Assembly (NCBI RefSeq): GCF_009914755.1 | Contig: NC_060927.1 | Length of the DNA: 64,000 bases | DNA from: the human T2T-CHM13v2.0 reference genome, Homo sapiens | Reading direction: 5' to 3' (one strand) | Notes under the pieces: model-generated | Told to the model about the DNA's origin: nothing | Databases searched by the model: none | What the model saw: the letters and a program-made list of their open reading frames with translations, nothing else | Shown here: piece after piece, positions 1 to 11,535 of the stretch | Numbering within the stretch: position 1 is the first letter of the stretch | Layout: each line of letters starts with the position of its first letter | Made by a program: the position numbers and the translations under genes

Positions 1-366
1 CAATAGAGGTTTATTGACCCCAAAGTTTGAGGATGTGCCCAGGAAAAACACAGTCACAGAGGCATCTGTGACCTATGCTTTCCAAAGAGGGTTTTGGGAA
101 CTCAGTATTTAAAGGAGAAAGAGAAAGAAGGAAGAAAATGTTGGGGGTAAACAGTGAGGCAGATGGTTACATTCCTGGAGGCTCTAATTACTGCTCTATA
201 AGTCTACATCTTACACAAGGCAAGGTAAACATGTGAAAAGAGGAGAGGAAAAAGTCAATTATCTCATCTCAGGGCAAGAGAGGAATACTTTCTTGTCTTG
301 TCCTTGTGCTGTATCTGTGAAGATAAGCCTGTAATCGACATTGTCAGTGAGAAATTTAACACAACT
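1..366 (-). mobile_element. ERV1 MER4-group LTR fragment (cut by window start)
   Basis: Antisense LTR-type motifs (GTTTATTG..AAGTTTGAGGATGTGCCC, GATGGTTACATTC, GAAGATAAGC) resemble recalled MER4-group LTRs; subfamily not determined. Confidence 0.5.
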
Positions 367-367
367 T

Positions 368-384
368 GGCTGGGCACGGTGGCT
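368..384 (+). mobile_element. Alu 5' stub (17 nt)
   Basis: GGCTGGGCACGGTGGCT matches the Alu 5' end, then similarity stops. Confidence 0.5.
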
Positions 385-963
385 TCAAGCTACTCTTTCT
401 CAAGTGGAGCTAATAGTTACCTCAAATGGCTAATCTTTCTCAAGTGAAGCTTGAGAAAGTATTTGCTTTCCAAATTACATACTTCACCTAGTCTGTTTTG
501 CTTACATTAAATTTAGTAGCTAACCTCTTTGTGTTCACTCACAAAATACTTTGAACTTCACGTGACATATGACTATCATATCTTCAGTCTACTGGAGAGT
601 CTAAATTTGCATCTGAAAAAGTAGCAAAATAGCTCTAAGCAAACATTTCTTCCTTAAAACTCAAGATTCCGTTTTATTTTGTTTTTGTTACATCTCACCT
701 TCTAGACAGCAATTTTATGCCTCACAGTCTTGATTTCATCAAGACATATTGTTGGAGATGGAGTGGAAAGTACTCCTATTTGTTACTCATTCTTCTAGTC
801 TTGAACTAGTTTTTCTTACTTCTGACTCTTTATAGGCAGATATCATGTGTACAATATAGTAATGAAAATAGAAATCTGGATTTCAACCTGCTTTGTCTCT
901 TTGACTCCCTCTTTTCTAGGAACTGATCCTTTTCTCCACTTGTCCTCTTTCCTGTGTCTTACT

Positions 964-1318
964 CTACAATGGACTGAGTGTTCATGTCCCCCAACCCTTT
1001 AAATTCATATGTTGAAATCCTAACCCCTAATGTGATGGTGTTAGGAGGTGGGCCCTTTGAAAGGTAATAAGGTCATGAGAGTCGAGTCCTCATAAGTGAG
1101 ATTAGTGCCCTTATAAAAAAAAAACCCAGAGAGCTCTCTTACCCTCTTTCCACCATGAAGTAACCAGTCTACAAACTGGAAGAGGACCCTCACCAGGATC
1201 TGACCATGGTGGCACCCTGATATCAAACTTCCAGCCTCCACAACTGTGAAAATAAATTTTTGTTGTTTATAATCCACTCAGTCTATGGTGCTTTGTTATG
1301 GTAGCCCAAACTAAGGTA
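964..1318 (+). mobile_element. MaLR LTR, MLT1A-like
   Basis: AAATTCATATGTTGAAATCCTAACCCC...GATTAGTGCCCTTATAAAA...TTCCAGCCTCCACAACTGTGAAAATAAATTT...GGTAGCCCAAACTAAG. Confidence 0.8.
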
Positions 1319-1329
1319 TTCCCTTATGC

Positions 1330-1795
1330 TTGACCTCATGACATGACTTTATCACAGTGGAAATACCCCTGATTTAACCAGTTTACCCTACTTCTTGGCC
1401 ACAGTGATACGCTCAGGGAACCTGAATCAAAGGCAGGACAACTAGCATCCCTCTGCAGACAGTTGGAATTTAGACCAAGAAATTCTAGGCTTATTCTTTC
1501 TGGTTTTGAAACAGAGGAGATAGAAACTCAGAAGATACAGTAAATATTTTCCAGCTTGTGAAAAGTAGGCCAACACTACTTTTGGGTTGACAGGAGAAAA
1601 AAGTCAATTCAGAGAGAGGAACAGAATTGAAAGCTGGGGCAGAAAGACTTCCTTGCCTAGCTGTACCCTGCTCTTGGACCATTTGAATCACCTCTGTTTC
1701 CTTATGATTACTTATCTTTTTTGTTTGTTTGCTTGTTTTAGCTAGTTAGAGATAGTTTCTATTACTCATAACACCATAAAAATGTTAACTAATAT
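1330..1795 (+). mobile_element. Old MaLR LTR (MLT1 family)
   Basis: TTGGCCACAGTGAT near the start and a GCTAGTTAGAGATAGTTTCTATTACTCATAAC...ACTAATA 3' end typical of older MLT1. Confidence 0.5.
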
Positions 1796-2278
1796 GATAT
1801 TTTCAGCAATAAATTTTGGGGTGAATTTCTCCTTCTTTAATTGTTTTGTTAGGCATTTGTTATAATGGTCAAGAAAGGAATTTCCTCAGGGAATTTTTCT
1901 TCTGTTTTTTTTTTCACCCCATGTATAAATTTTAAGTACATGTCTCTTTATTTCTCACTAGAGTCAGTATTATGTATCTTTTTGTAAATGAAATACAAGG
2001 GATTTGCAGCAAAATATGAAAAGCCTGGAATGATCTAGTATAGTATCTAAATAAAAGTTTCTTTCAAGACAAAACTCCTCAAAGAGGACAAACTTGTGGG
2101 GATAGAATTCAAATTTAAGAGGGCACAGATCATAAAGCCAATGAAAAAGAATACCTAGATTAAATGTGGGGTGGAGGTAGGAAGGGACAGTCAGAATATT
2201 TCAGAATGTAAGCTACCATAATCTTGAAAGCTTTGAAAAACATCCAAAAAAGAGAGCTCTAAAATGATAAGGTTTGAA

Positions 2279-2332
2279 TAGAAAGTTATCCAAGTTTGGG
2301 TAGAAAGTTATCCAAGTTTGGGTAGAAAGTTA
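2279..2332. repeat. 22-bp tandem repeat, about 2.5 copies
   Basis: TAGAAAGTTATCCAAGTTTGGG x2 plus TAGAAAGTTA, perfect. Confidence 0.95.
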
Positions 2333-2379
2333 AATGATAAAATATTATCCAAAACTACATCTCCTTTCTAAAAGCTCAG

Positions 2380-3430
2380 GAAAACTGTGACATAAACATT
2401 GAGCTACAGAAAAGATAGAGATCAAATTCCATTAAAGTATAAGGAAAGAGAGAATAATATTCCTACAGATAATAAAACATGCCAAAAACATTCTCATACA
2501 GCAGATGAAAACTATAGTCTAATATTTCAAAACTAGCTAGGAGACACAAAAAATGAGATAAGAAATAAAAGAACAAATCAGAATTTGAGATGATAGAACT
2601 AAGAAGATAATTTTAAAAATTATTAAGAAACAGAACAAATAAAAGTAAAACTAGAAAAAATACAAGATAATATCTCAAGAGAAATATAAGTAAAAAAAAT
2701 TTTAAGAATTTAAAAGAAAAAAGAGAGAGATAAAAAGGATTAAAGAAAAGACACACAAGGAAGATCCCACATACATACAATAGGCATATCTAGGGAAAAT
2801 TTTAGCAATAAAATACTGAAATCTATCATTTGAGAAGCCAAAATAAAATGAGAATTGAAACTAAATATTGAGAGGACACTCAGTTTATCTGATAAAATTG
2901 GCTTGGAATGATCATCACTGAGATTTAGTCTAGCGAAATTATTGTACTTTAAAGGAAATAAAATAAAAATTATTTAGAAAATCCAGGGAAAAAATATGAA
3001 ATTATTCATACAGGAAAGAAAGTCATATTATCTTCAAACTTCAATCTCAAAATTTTATGCTTGAAGAAAATTCAGTAACATAGTGCAAAGAAAGAAAATA
3101 TGAAGCAATGATTTTATATCTATATAAGCTGTTAGCAGGCAAGAACTGAGGGAATATTATTCTTTATGAATCTACTGGAGAAGGGGATTCAAACAATCAA
3201 AATACATGGGGAGGCATTGACAAAATGATTCATGGTGAGCATTGATAATAATTTCTAGCAAAACTAAGACACTAAATGAGAGATATAAAGAAGATAATGT
3301 GGTACATAATGGCTGAATACTCTGACAGTGTGGATACGGTACAATTGTAAATATGTGGGGTGAGAATGGAAAGAGCATATGCAAAAGAATTTTTAACTCT
3401 TTTCAGTAATTGTATTGATGATAATGTTAT
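2380..3430 (+). mobile_element. Ancient LINE-1-related remnant (L1M/HAL1 ORF1-like)
   Basis: Very A-rich purine strand with degraded L1 ORF1-type motifs; no open frame. Confidence 0.5.
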
Positions 3431-3432
3431 TT

Positions 3433-3899
3433 CAGGGTGTGTCTTTGAGGAGGGTTTTGTAAGAGAGTAGTATTTGAATCAGTAGACTGAGTAAAACAGA
3501 TCTGCCCTCACCAATGTGGGCTAGCATTATCCAATTAGGCATAGGAAGAGTGAATTTGCTCTCTATTCTTGAGCTAGGATATTTACCTTCTCTTGCCCTC
3601 AGACAGTGGAGCTCCTGGCACTGGGGTCTTTGGACTCCAGGAGTTACATCAGCACCTCCTGACCCCCGAGTCTTTGGGCCTTTGGCCTTGGACTGAGAGT
3701 ATGCCATTGACGCCCCTGCTTCTTATGTCTTCAGATGCGGACTGAATTACACCGCTGGCTTTCCTTGTTCTCCAGCTTGCAGGCAGCATACTGTGGGACT
3801 TCTGGGCCTCCATAATTGTGTGAGTCAATTCCCATAATAAATCTTCCTTATCTATCTGTGCATATTCTTTTGCCTGTTTTCCTAGAGAACCTTAATATA
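3433..3899 (+). mobile_element. ERVL LTR, MLT2D-like
   Basis: TTTGAATCAGTAGACTGAGTAAAACAGATCTGCCCTCACCAATGTGGG...CTCCATAATTGTGTGAGTCAATTCCCATAATAAAT...GAGAACCTTAATA. Confidence 0.75.
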
Positions 3900-3929
3900 G
3901 TCATCACGGAAGAGGCCAGAAACCAACTT

Positions 3930-4410
3930 TTTATTTGAGAACTGTCAAATGAAAGAAAACAATCAAGCATTTGTCCTGCCGTTTCTATGTAAACTGTGCC
4001 ACCAAGATACCAAATAGTAGGTGAGGTAAAGTTTCTCTTGATGTAAGTAGTCCATCAAATTACTGAAGAAGAAAATTTGAATATCAACATCTTTTGCAAT
4101 CCTAGTGAATTACTGGATCTAAACATTGAGAATCAATGGCAGATAGCATTACAAAAGGGCAAAAGAAACCAGGCTGGGCTTGGTGGCTCACGACTATAAT
4201 CCCAGCACTTTAGGAGGCAGAAGTGGGAGCAGAGGATGACTTGAGCCCAGGAGTTCAAGATCAGCCTGGGCAACTAAGCAAGACACTGTCTCTTTAAAAA
4301 AAAATTTACCTGGAAAAACATAAACCCACCTATGAAGTAGTATTGGCAAAAATCATCATCATCATCATCATTATTATCATCCCTAAATGTGATTCAGCCT
4401 GGAGATCCAG
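3930..4410 (+). mobile_element. L1ME 3' remnant (interrupted by FLAM)
   Basis: AATCAAGCATTTGTCCTGCC...ACCAAATAGTAG...CACCACCTATGAAGTA-like L1ME 3' UTR motifs. Confidence 0.45.
4172..4303 (+). mobile_element. FLAM / Alu left monomer
   Basis: Single Alu monomer (GGCTGGGCTTGGTGGCTCAC...CTTGAGCCCAGGAGTTCAAGATCAGCCTGGGCAAC) ending in an A tail. Confidence 0.85.
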
Positions 4411-4744
4411 AAGAGTGCTTTATGTTGCAGCATGCAATCCAAATTACTGAGCACTCTCTTTTGGTGTTGAAAAAGCCAACTGCTTCTATATCTCAGAGTG
4501 AAGCAATTTTAAGTATTTGGTGACTGTGAAGCAGTAGCCTTGTTGAAGAATGTGCCCCAACTCTTTTTTTTAGTATATTCTCTTAAGAGTATTTAACTAG
4601 AAAATGGGAACAAACTCACCAGCAAAGATTAGATTAAGGGTGTTATCTTCTAAATGGTCTGAAGGTAGCTATAGGCAAGAGGGATGTAGAATGGAGAGAC
4701 CAGTATGTAAATGATAAGCATATATGTTAAAAATTGTGTCCTCT

Positions 4745-4884
4745 GGCCAGGCTCAGTGGCTCATGCCTTTAACCCTAGCACTTTGGGAGGATCGCTTGAG
4801 GCCAGGAGTGCAAGACCAGCCTGGTCAACATAGTGAGACCCCATCTCTATTTTTAAAAAAATGAAAAAGAATCTCTCTATACAT
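4745..4884 (+). mobile_element. FLAM_C-like monomer with 15-bp TSD
   Basis: Alu monomer flanked by perfect AAAATTGTGTCCTCT at 4730-4744 and 4885-4899. Confidence 0.9.
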
Positions 4885-6233
4885 AAAATTGTGTCCTCTA
4901 CTCTTCAGCCCCAGAATCTTAACAAAAAATTATGTATGGATTGAGTGAGCTCTGTGTTCAGAGGTGCTAGAGGATGCAGCCCCTCCCCTAACTTCCAAGC
5001 ATCTCCCCCTACCTGCCCTGCATGTTTCTGCCCTAGTGATTCATTCTGGAAACTGCATCCTCTCCAAAGCCATGGAAGGTGTGCCTTCCTCACACTGTGT
5101 CCCTAAATAATTTTTTCTTTTAAATAAAGGAAAGAAACATTTTTTAAAAATGTCTAGATAAAGACTTTGGTTATGGTTTTTACAGTAGACCAGAAATTTT
5201 TGGACAGATACCATACCAAACATTTCTACATTCTGTAAAGCAGCAGTTTATGAACTTCAACCCTTAAAATAATCCCAGGCTCCAAATCTGCACCAGCAAG
5301 AAGTCAGTTGCAAGAGTTGTGCACCCTAAGGAAGGGCATACTCCCAAATTACACCTCAAATGTAATATTGGAAGACAACAGACCCGGCAAATCCTTTTGG
5401 CCTGATTTATGAATTTTTAAAATTCAGATATTTGATTTATCTTAAATTTGTTTTGGCAAAGGGAATGAGGTTGTTTCAACTCCATCTATTGATTATTTTC
5501 TCCCTAATTTTTGAAATACAAGCTTTATAATATATTAAAATCTCATATGATTTGGGTCTATTTCTGGACTTCATTCTTTCATTGATCTATTTATTAATAT
5601 AAAACTACATTTTAAAAAATGATACTATGAGGCCACTGCATTATTGCATGATATAGAAGGAACTACTGAAAACCTTTGTCTCTGGAATTTCAAAAATCAG
5701 GGAGCTTCAAGGAATAGGAGACCTTCCTTCTGGTATTCAGCCATTAAGGTGACTAAGCTTTACCAACTCATGTTCTGGCAGATGTTTATTCCAAGATTTC
5801 AAATTCCTTGGAAGATGGTTGGCTCAGCTTAGGCCAGGTATCAATTTCAGAATCATTTATCTATTTTTTTTTGTGGGGGGACAAGTGAATATGACTTCCA
5901 GGTGCTGAACCCTATATTTCAAAGAAACATAGTGTTGTGAGCTGAATGGTACTCCAAAAACTGTCTGCTTCACTATGCTCACCCACCCTTCTCATACACC
6001 TGAAGCTTCCCTATCTCTGCATGGTGCACCTTTCCCATACACAATTGCAGCTACCCCTTCCAATAGGAGAGGGTGCAAACTCCTGCTTCTGTATTGATCT
6101 AGAAGCAATGTCATAAGACTATACAGCTCTAAGCCAAGGATTTCCTACAGCATGCTTACTCTTCTAGTTCTGTCAAAATTTCTTTATATATTCTTCAATC
6201 CATGAACTAACTGGAAAATTTAATCATCATTAA

Positions 6234-6573
<340 letters not shown>

Positions 6574-8473
6574 AACAGTGATTTTCAAACTGGAATATGA
6601 GTACATTTACGGATGCATAAAAATGTTCCAAGGGCTACACTAGCCTGGGAACTTTTAAAGGAATCAATGTCCAGACCCCCAGCTTCAATATGGAGCCTTT
6701 CTTTCTTAAAATTGATCTGCCTGCTCTGGGTTTGAGTTAGAGGACTCTTGCCTTTCTCTGCGTTCTCATCTCCTCTTTCAAAACAGACTTTCCAAGTATA
6801 CCTCTCCCCCATCCTGGATCTTACTGTGGTGCTTTACCAGAGTGTAAAACCTCAGGAGAACCAAACAACAAACTATCTTAGGTTATTGGTGTTGGGGAAG
6901 ATTTCTTTAATCAAGATGCCATAAACACATGGGAAAACTTGGTGTCTTTCACTGTCTTATATATATTTCAGTTGAGGGTAAAGCATAGTATTAAAAATAA
7001 TCTATTCTGAATTCAGATGTATTAGGAACTGGAGCAGCAAGATAAATGACAACTTTCATTCAACAATTTAGTCTCTTCCATTCCCTGACTCTTGTCAAAG
7101 AAGTATTTCTTCTGTGGGAAGTTCTCTTGAATGCACAGCAAAGATTATAGGCAGAATATGGAGACTCTGGTACGTTATCTTACCTAGGTGACAAACCCAT
7201 AACAAAGTTCTGGGCCTAGTCTAACTTGAATACTCAAAGATTTGAAGAGACCAAGTTGGGAAATAACCATTTGCTAAGAAGAAATCTTTCTCTAATTGTA
7301 CACCACTCTTGGTTAGCTTGGTGGCTACTTCCACTCCTTTGTGTCTTTGTGTGTTTCTTTTGCACGTTTTTCAAAATTTCAAGAGAAAGGAAGCAAAAAA
7401 GTTTCATGTTTACTTTTAAGAGATCCATGTTATATCGTCAAAGAAAAGGAACATATATTGAGGGTGAGTTAGTGTTTTCTCTTAACCATTTATTTAGACT
7501 GGTAGTAGAATCCTTTTTTGAGGTCTTTTAACAAAAAGCTATTGCTTATTCCAAATCCGTATTTATTTTTACTTGGAGCTAAGTCTACTGCTGACTGTGA
7601 CTCATTAACCACTTCTCTGCTTATTTGTTTATTTATCATAAAATGTACTAATTAGATATATATTAACTAACTGGGCTATATTTTGAATTTTATAGCAGTA
7701 ATGCACTTAGCAGTCACTGAAACACTCTTTAGATCTGCTTTGCTGGGGCCCAACACTTTCTTTTATTTTGTTGTTAATTTGCACAAAATAGAATGTTAAT
7801 TTGTATAAAATTAAACTGTAGTCTTAGAAGCCATAGTTATGATAAATGTTCCCCAAATGCAATCAGGACGTAATGACCCAAATTAAATGTTTTTTATTCG
7901 ATTAAGTTTAGCTCTTCTTTTGCAGATGATGACTTGCCTTTCTAATTCTGTCAAATGCATAATTACAATCTTGTTTTCAGCTGTTAAATGAAATTGCATA
8001 TAGATAAATAGAATGAATATACACCTATACACATATATTTTTTCAGTATCCGTCTTCTTGTCCATCTGTTATCTTTTTAAGACACTGAGTCTATCAAATA
8101 TTGAAATTTAGTATGAATATTTCTGCAGTCAATAGTTTAAAAATTATAATGTGAAATTTCCAATTTTATGGGGTTATTTTAAAATCATTTATGTACAATT
8201 TTAGCTTGAAACATAAGATACTTCTAAATAAAATAAGTGTAATTGGTAGTTATTTGATAAATATTGGTTAAGCTTTTTAGGTGTATCTTCCAGAAATTGT
8301 CTATCTAATAATTGGGTTTAAACATTTCTTTCCAAGTCAGAAAAATATCGCAAGTAAAATATTTATTGCAAAAATATCTTACTTGCAATAAAATTGAAGG
8401 AGGACCTAATAGTGTTGTCAACGATCAGATTCTTAAAAATATTTTTGGTGAAGGATTACCACTGTAATTTTTC

Positions 8474-8680
8474 CTAACTTCGACCGGCACTGGTCCCAGC
8501 GCCCAGGCCATCTCCCAGCGGTGGCAACATGAAGCCAGGCGGCTAGGGCGGAGGTGGCGGCCCTGATGGCGGCGAGCTGGTGGCCAACATGCTCCCAGTC
8601 GCTGGCGGCGGTGCCTGCTCCTGACCTGGGCTCCACTCCCACCCCGTGCGCCAAGCGCAGCCACCGCCGCCCACAAAAGG
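8474..8680 (-). pseudogene. TOMM40: Processed, 3'-truncated TOMM40 pseudogene fragment (5' UTR plus N-terminal codons; symbol is the parent gene)
   Basis: Minus strand translates [40 protein letters not shown] versus recalled TOMM40 N-terminus MGNVLAASSPPAGPPPPP(APALVGLPPPPP)SPPGFTLPPLGGSLGAGTSTSRS. Upstream GGCGCACGGGGTGGGAGTGGAGCCCAGG matches the recalled 5' UTR. 7-bp TSD ATTTTTC at 8467-8473 and 8681-8687. Confidence 0.85.
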
Positions 8681-8889
8681 ATTTTTCAAATGTTTTTTTC
8701 GCGGGGAAAGAAGTTTGAAGACTACTGCAATAAACAACAACAGAGAAAAAGGAAGAGGAAAGAGTATAAAGATTTTTGCTTATATCATGTGAATTATTAA
8801 AAAGAATGAAGGGAAGGGGAAATTATTCAATCTTCTGGCCCTCCGCGTACATACGAGGCAGAAGTCTGACATCTGAAGAAGATAAAGTG

Positions 8890-9050
8890 AGGCTAAGTAC
8901 CTTCTCTTTAAAGACACACCTAGAAGTGGAATCCATCATTTTCCTTCTACTCCATCTGCTAAACGTAGCTCATAGCCAGAGATGGCTGTAAGGGAAGCTG
9001 GAAAATATAAATCTTATTCTGATGGCCAGCTGCCCAACTAAGAAAATAGA
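8890..9050 (-). mobile_element. Old MLT1 LTR fragment
   Basis: GGCTGTAAGGGAAGCTGGAAAATATAAATCTT...GCCCAACTAAG, similar to 10350-10410 in this window. Confidence 0.5.
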
Positions 9051-9159
9051 GTGGAGACCTCATTCTCATTTCTACAACTGCTCGCACAACTTTAGTTTGG
9101 CATTAATGATTTTCCTTTCCTTTTTTCCAGGCAACTGCTCTGTTCCTTAAGGCAGGTCA

Positions 9160-9466
9160 GGCTGGGTGTGGTGGTTTACATCTATAATCCCAGCATTTCA
9201 GGAAGCCGAGGTAGGAGGATTGATTGAGGCCAGTAGGTCAAGACCAGCCTGGGCAACAAAATGAGACCCTAACTCTACAAAAAATTAAAAATTAGGCAGG
9301 CATGGTGTCACGTCCCTGTAGTCCCAGCTACCTGGGCGACTGAGGCAGCAGGATCGCTGGAGCCCGGGAGTTTGAGATTACAGTGAACTATAATCTAGCC
9401 ACTGCGTTCCAGCCTGGGTGATAAAGCAACACCCTGTCTCAAAAAACAAACAAACAAAAAACAAAA
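9160..9466 (+). mobile_element. AluJ
   Basis: Full dimer with J-type positions (GGATTGATTGAGGCCAG, GGATCGCTGGAGCCCGGGAGTTTGAG), (AAAC)n tail. Confidence 0.92.
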
Positions 9467-10004
9467 GTGGCAGGACATTATATCACTGCTTCACATTTTT
9501 TGCCATTAAATAAGTTCTTGTTTGGAGGCCATATTGACTAAGAAAGCATGATGTTGTACAGGATTTTCAATAAGGACACAGATGTTGGTGTAGGCAGAAG
9601 CATGATGGGTAGGGGAAGCCTATCCAAATGCAGAATTAAGTGTCTCTTCTTGTTATGGTCTTCTACATGATGAAGGGAGCCTAATAAAGTCAGCCTGGCA
9701 ACAGATACCTAGTGTTGTGTTACCATCCTGGTGCTAGGGTTTGCTACCCTGCTGAAAAATTAGGTACTCGACAATAGCAGGATTGGCCTTTGTAAGGGAA
9801 AATTTCTTGTTCAGCTCATACATATGCCATTCCTGCAAGCAATTATTGGCATTCTTTTAGACAATTGAAGTCACACTCAGCAGGTTAAGGAAGAAGTGTG
9901 ACGAACTTCCACAGAAACAGTTCTTTTATGTATGTAGTTATGAAGATCCTTTCTCCCCCTACGTAGGCCTGTATGATGAGTTAAATACAATATATAGGAT
10001 ATGT

Positions 10005-10465
10005 TTTAGTTAGTGGAACTGTTTGCTTTGTAATAAGATCCAAACAAATAGTGGCTTAAGTAAAACAGAAGTTTAGCTATCCCATAATAGCCTAATCATA
10101 AGCTGTCTGGGGTTGATATGGTGTTGGGGATCCAAGTTCATTCTATCTTATTGCTCTGTCATTCCTAGAATATTGCCTGCATGCTTGTGGTAGAAAAGAC
10201 TCACCACTATAGTAACATGCCAGGCTACTGAAGAAGGGAGAGAGTGAAGGCAAATTCCTTTCTGTTTAGAAGCACAACCCAGACGTTGACCCAGCATGAC
10301 TCATCACTTCCTCCTACTTTCTATCCACAAACCTTAGTTCACAGCTCTAATAGCTGCAAGAGAAGCTGGAAAGTGTAAATCTCATTCCCATGACCAGGTG
10401 TCCAACTAAGATTTGAGAGTTTTATTATCAAAGAAAGAAGAAAAATGAATATTTATGAGTAACAA
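10005..10465 (-). mobile_element. Old MLT1 LTR
   Basis: ATAGTGGCTTAAGTAAAACAGAAGTTTA...TAGCTGCAAGAGAAGCTGGAAAGTGTA, antisense MLT1 motifs. Confidence 0.6.
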
Positions 10466-11039
10466 GTAGTCTTTCTCTGGTCAAGAAATGAATATTTACA
10501 AGCTTGGAGATCATTCTGAGCCTATTGAAACTTCATACAGATTTTACTCTATTTCTCAATTTATTTTTTGAATTGAAAATTTAAAGTTTAGTTCTCAAAT
10601 TTATTAAATTTTAAATATTTCAGGTGATACTTTAACTTATAAAACAAAAAACTAAGCAAAATTAATATTTATGTCACTATGAATTTGGGGTGGTGGTGGG
10701 AGTAGTGATAGAAATATCAAGACTTAAAGATATTTCTAGTTGATACTATTTCTTACTGTTTTTGGTACAGTTACTATAGTTCCCAATTTCTAAATGGGAA
10801 AAACATAGCATAGAGAAATTTAGTGGTTTATTTCAGTTACAATTTGTGGCAGGACAAAACTTAAATTATGATGGATCACACCACAGGCCTCTTCCCAGGG
10901 TTTGCAAACTGAAATGCCTGCAAGACTCAAGTAGGCAACATAAATAAATAAAGTACATCTCATATAGCACAGTAGGGGTGTCAGGGACCTTGGTCAACTT
11001 GAATAATTACACTCTAATTAAAGAGGTCTGCCAAGACAG

Positions 11040-11372
11040 TAGTCTCTAATTGCCATTTCCCGCTTACAAAAGGTGGTAGAGATCTTTAGGGAAATAGTGG
11101 ATTCCACATCTAGGGCAGAAAATGCCTGTGATAGCTTATGAAGCTAGAAAACCAGGAAACACTCAAAAGAATAACTTGAAGAAGAAGTGATTTTTTAAAA
11201 GTACAAAGGAACTAATTAGAATGAATTTGTGAAGATTGAAATGCATCAAATATATAAAAATTCATTTGTTTGAACTAAAACAAAAAGAACATCTCAATGG
11301 TTAGCCATTAGAGATTGTTAGGGCATCATCTGATTACCGTGAAAATTAAGGGAAAGAATCAAGCATATATTC
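11040..11372 (+). mobile_element. L1ME 3' remnant
   Basis: ATTCCACATCTAGGGCAGAAAATG...AAGGGAAAGAATCAAGCAT; the last motif is shared with 3955-3970. Confidence 0.45.
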
Positions 11373-11535
11373 TTTTTTTTTTTTTTTTTCTGAGCTGAGT
11401 ATTGGTCTGTTACCCAGGCTGGAATGCAATGGTGCAATCATAGCTCACTGCAACCTCGAACCCTAGCTCAGATTATTGTCCCACCTCAGCCTCCTGAGTA
11501 GCTGGGACTACAGGCGTGCATCACCATGCCCAGCT
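11373..11535 (-). mobile_element. Alu right arm only (AluJ/FRAM-like) with poly(A)
   Basis: T17 then ACCCAGGCTGGAATGCAATGGTGCAATCATAGCTCACTGC...CACCATGCCCAGCT; no left arm follows. Confidence 0.85.

Noticed and set aside
8425-8740. Three overlapping minus-strand ORFs as a novel gene
   Set aside because: Open because of the GC-rich TOMM40 insert; the parental frame has lost its ATG and has a stop.
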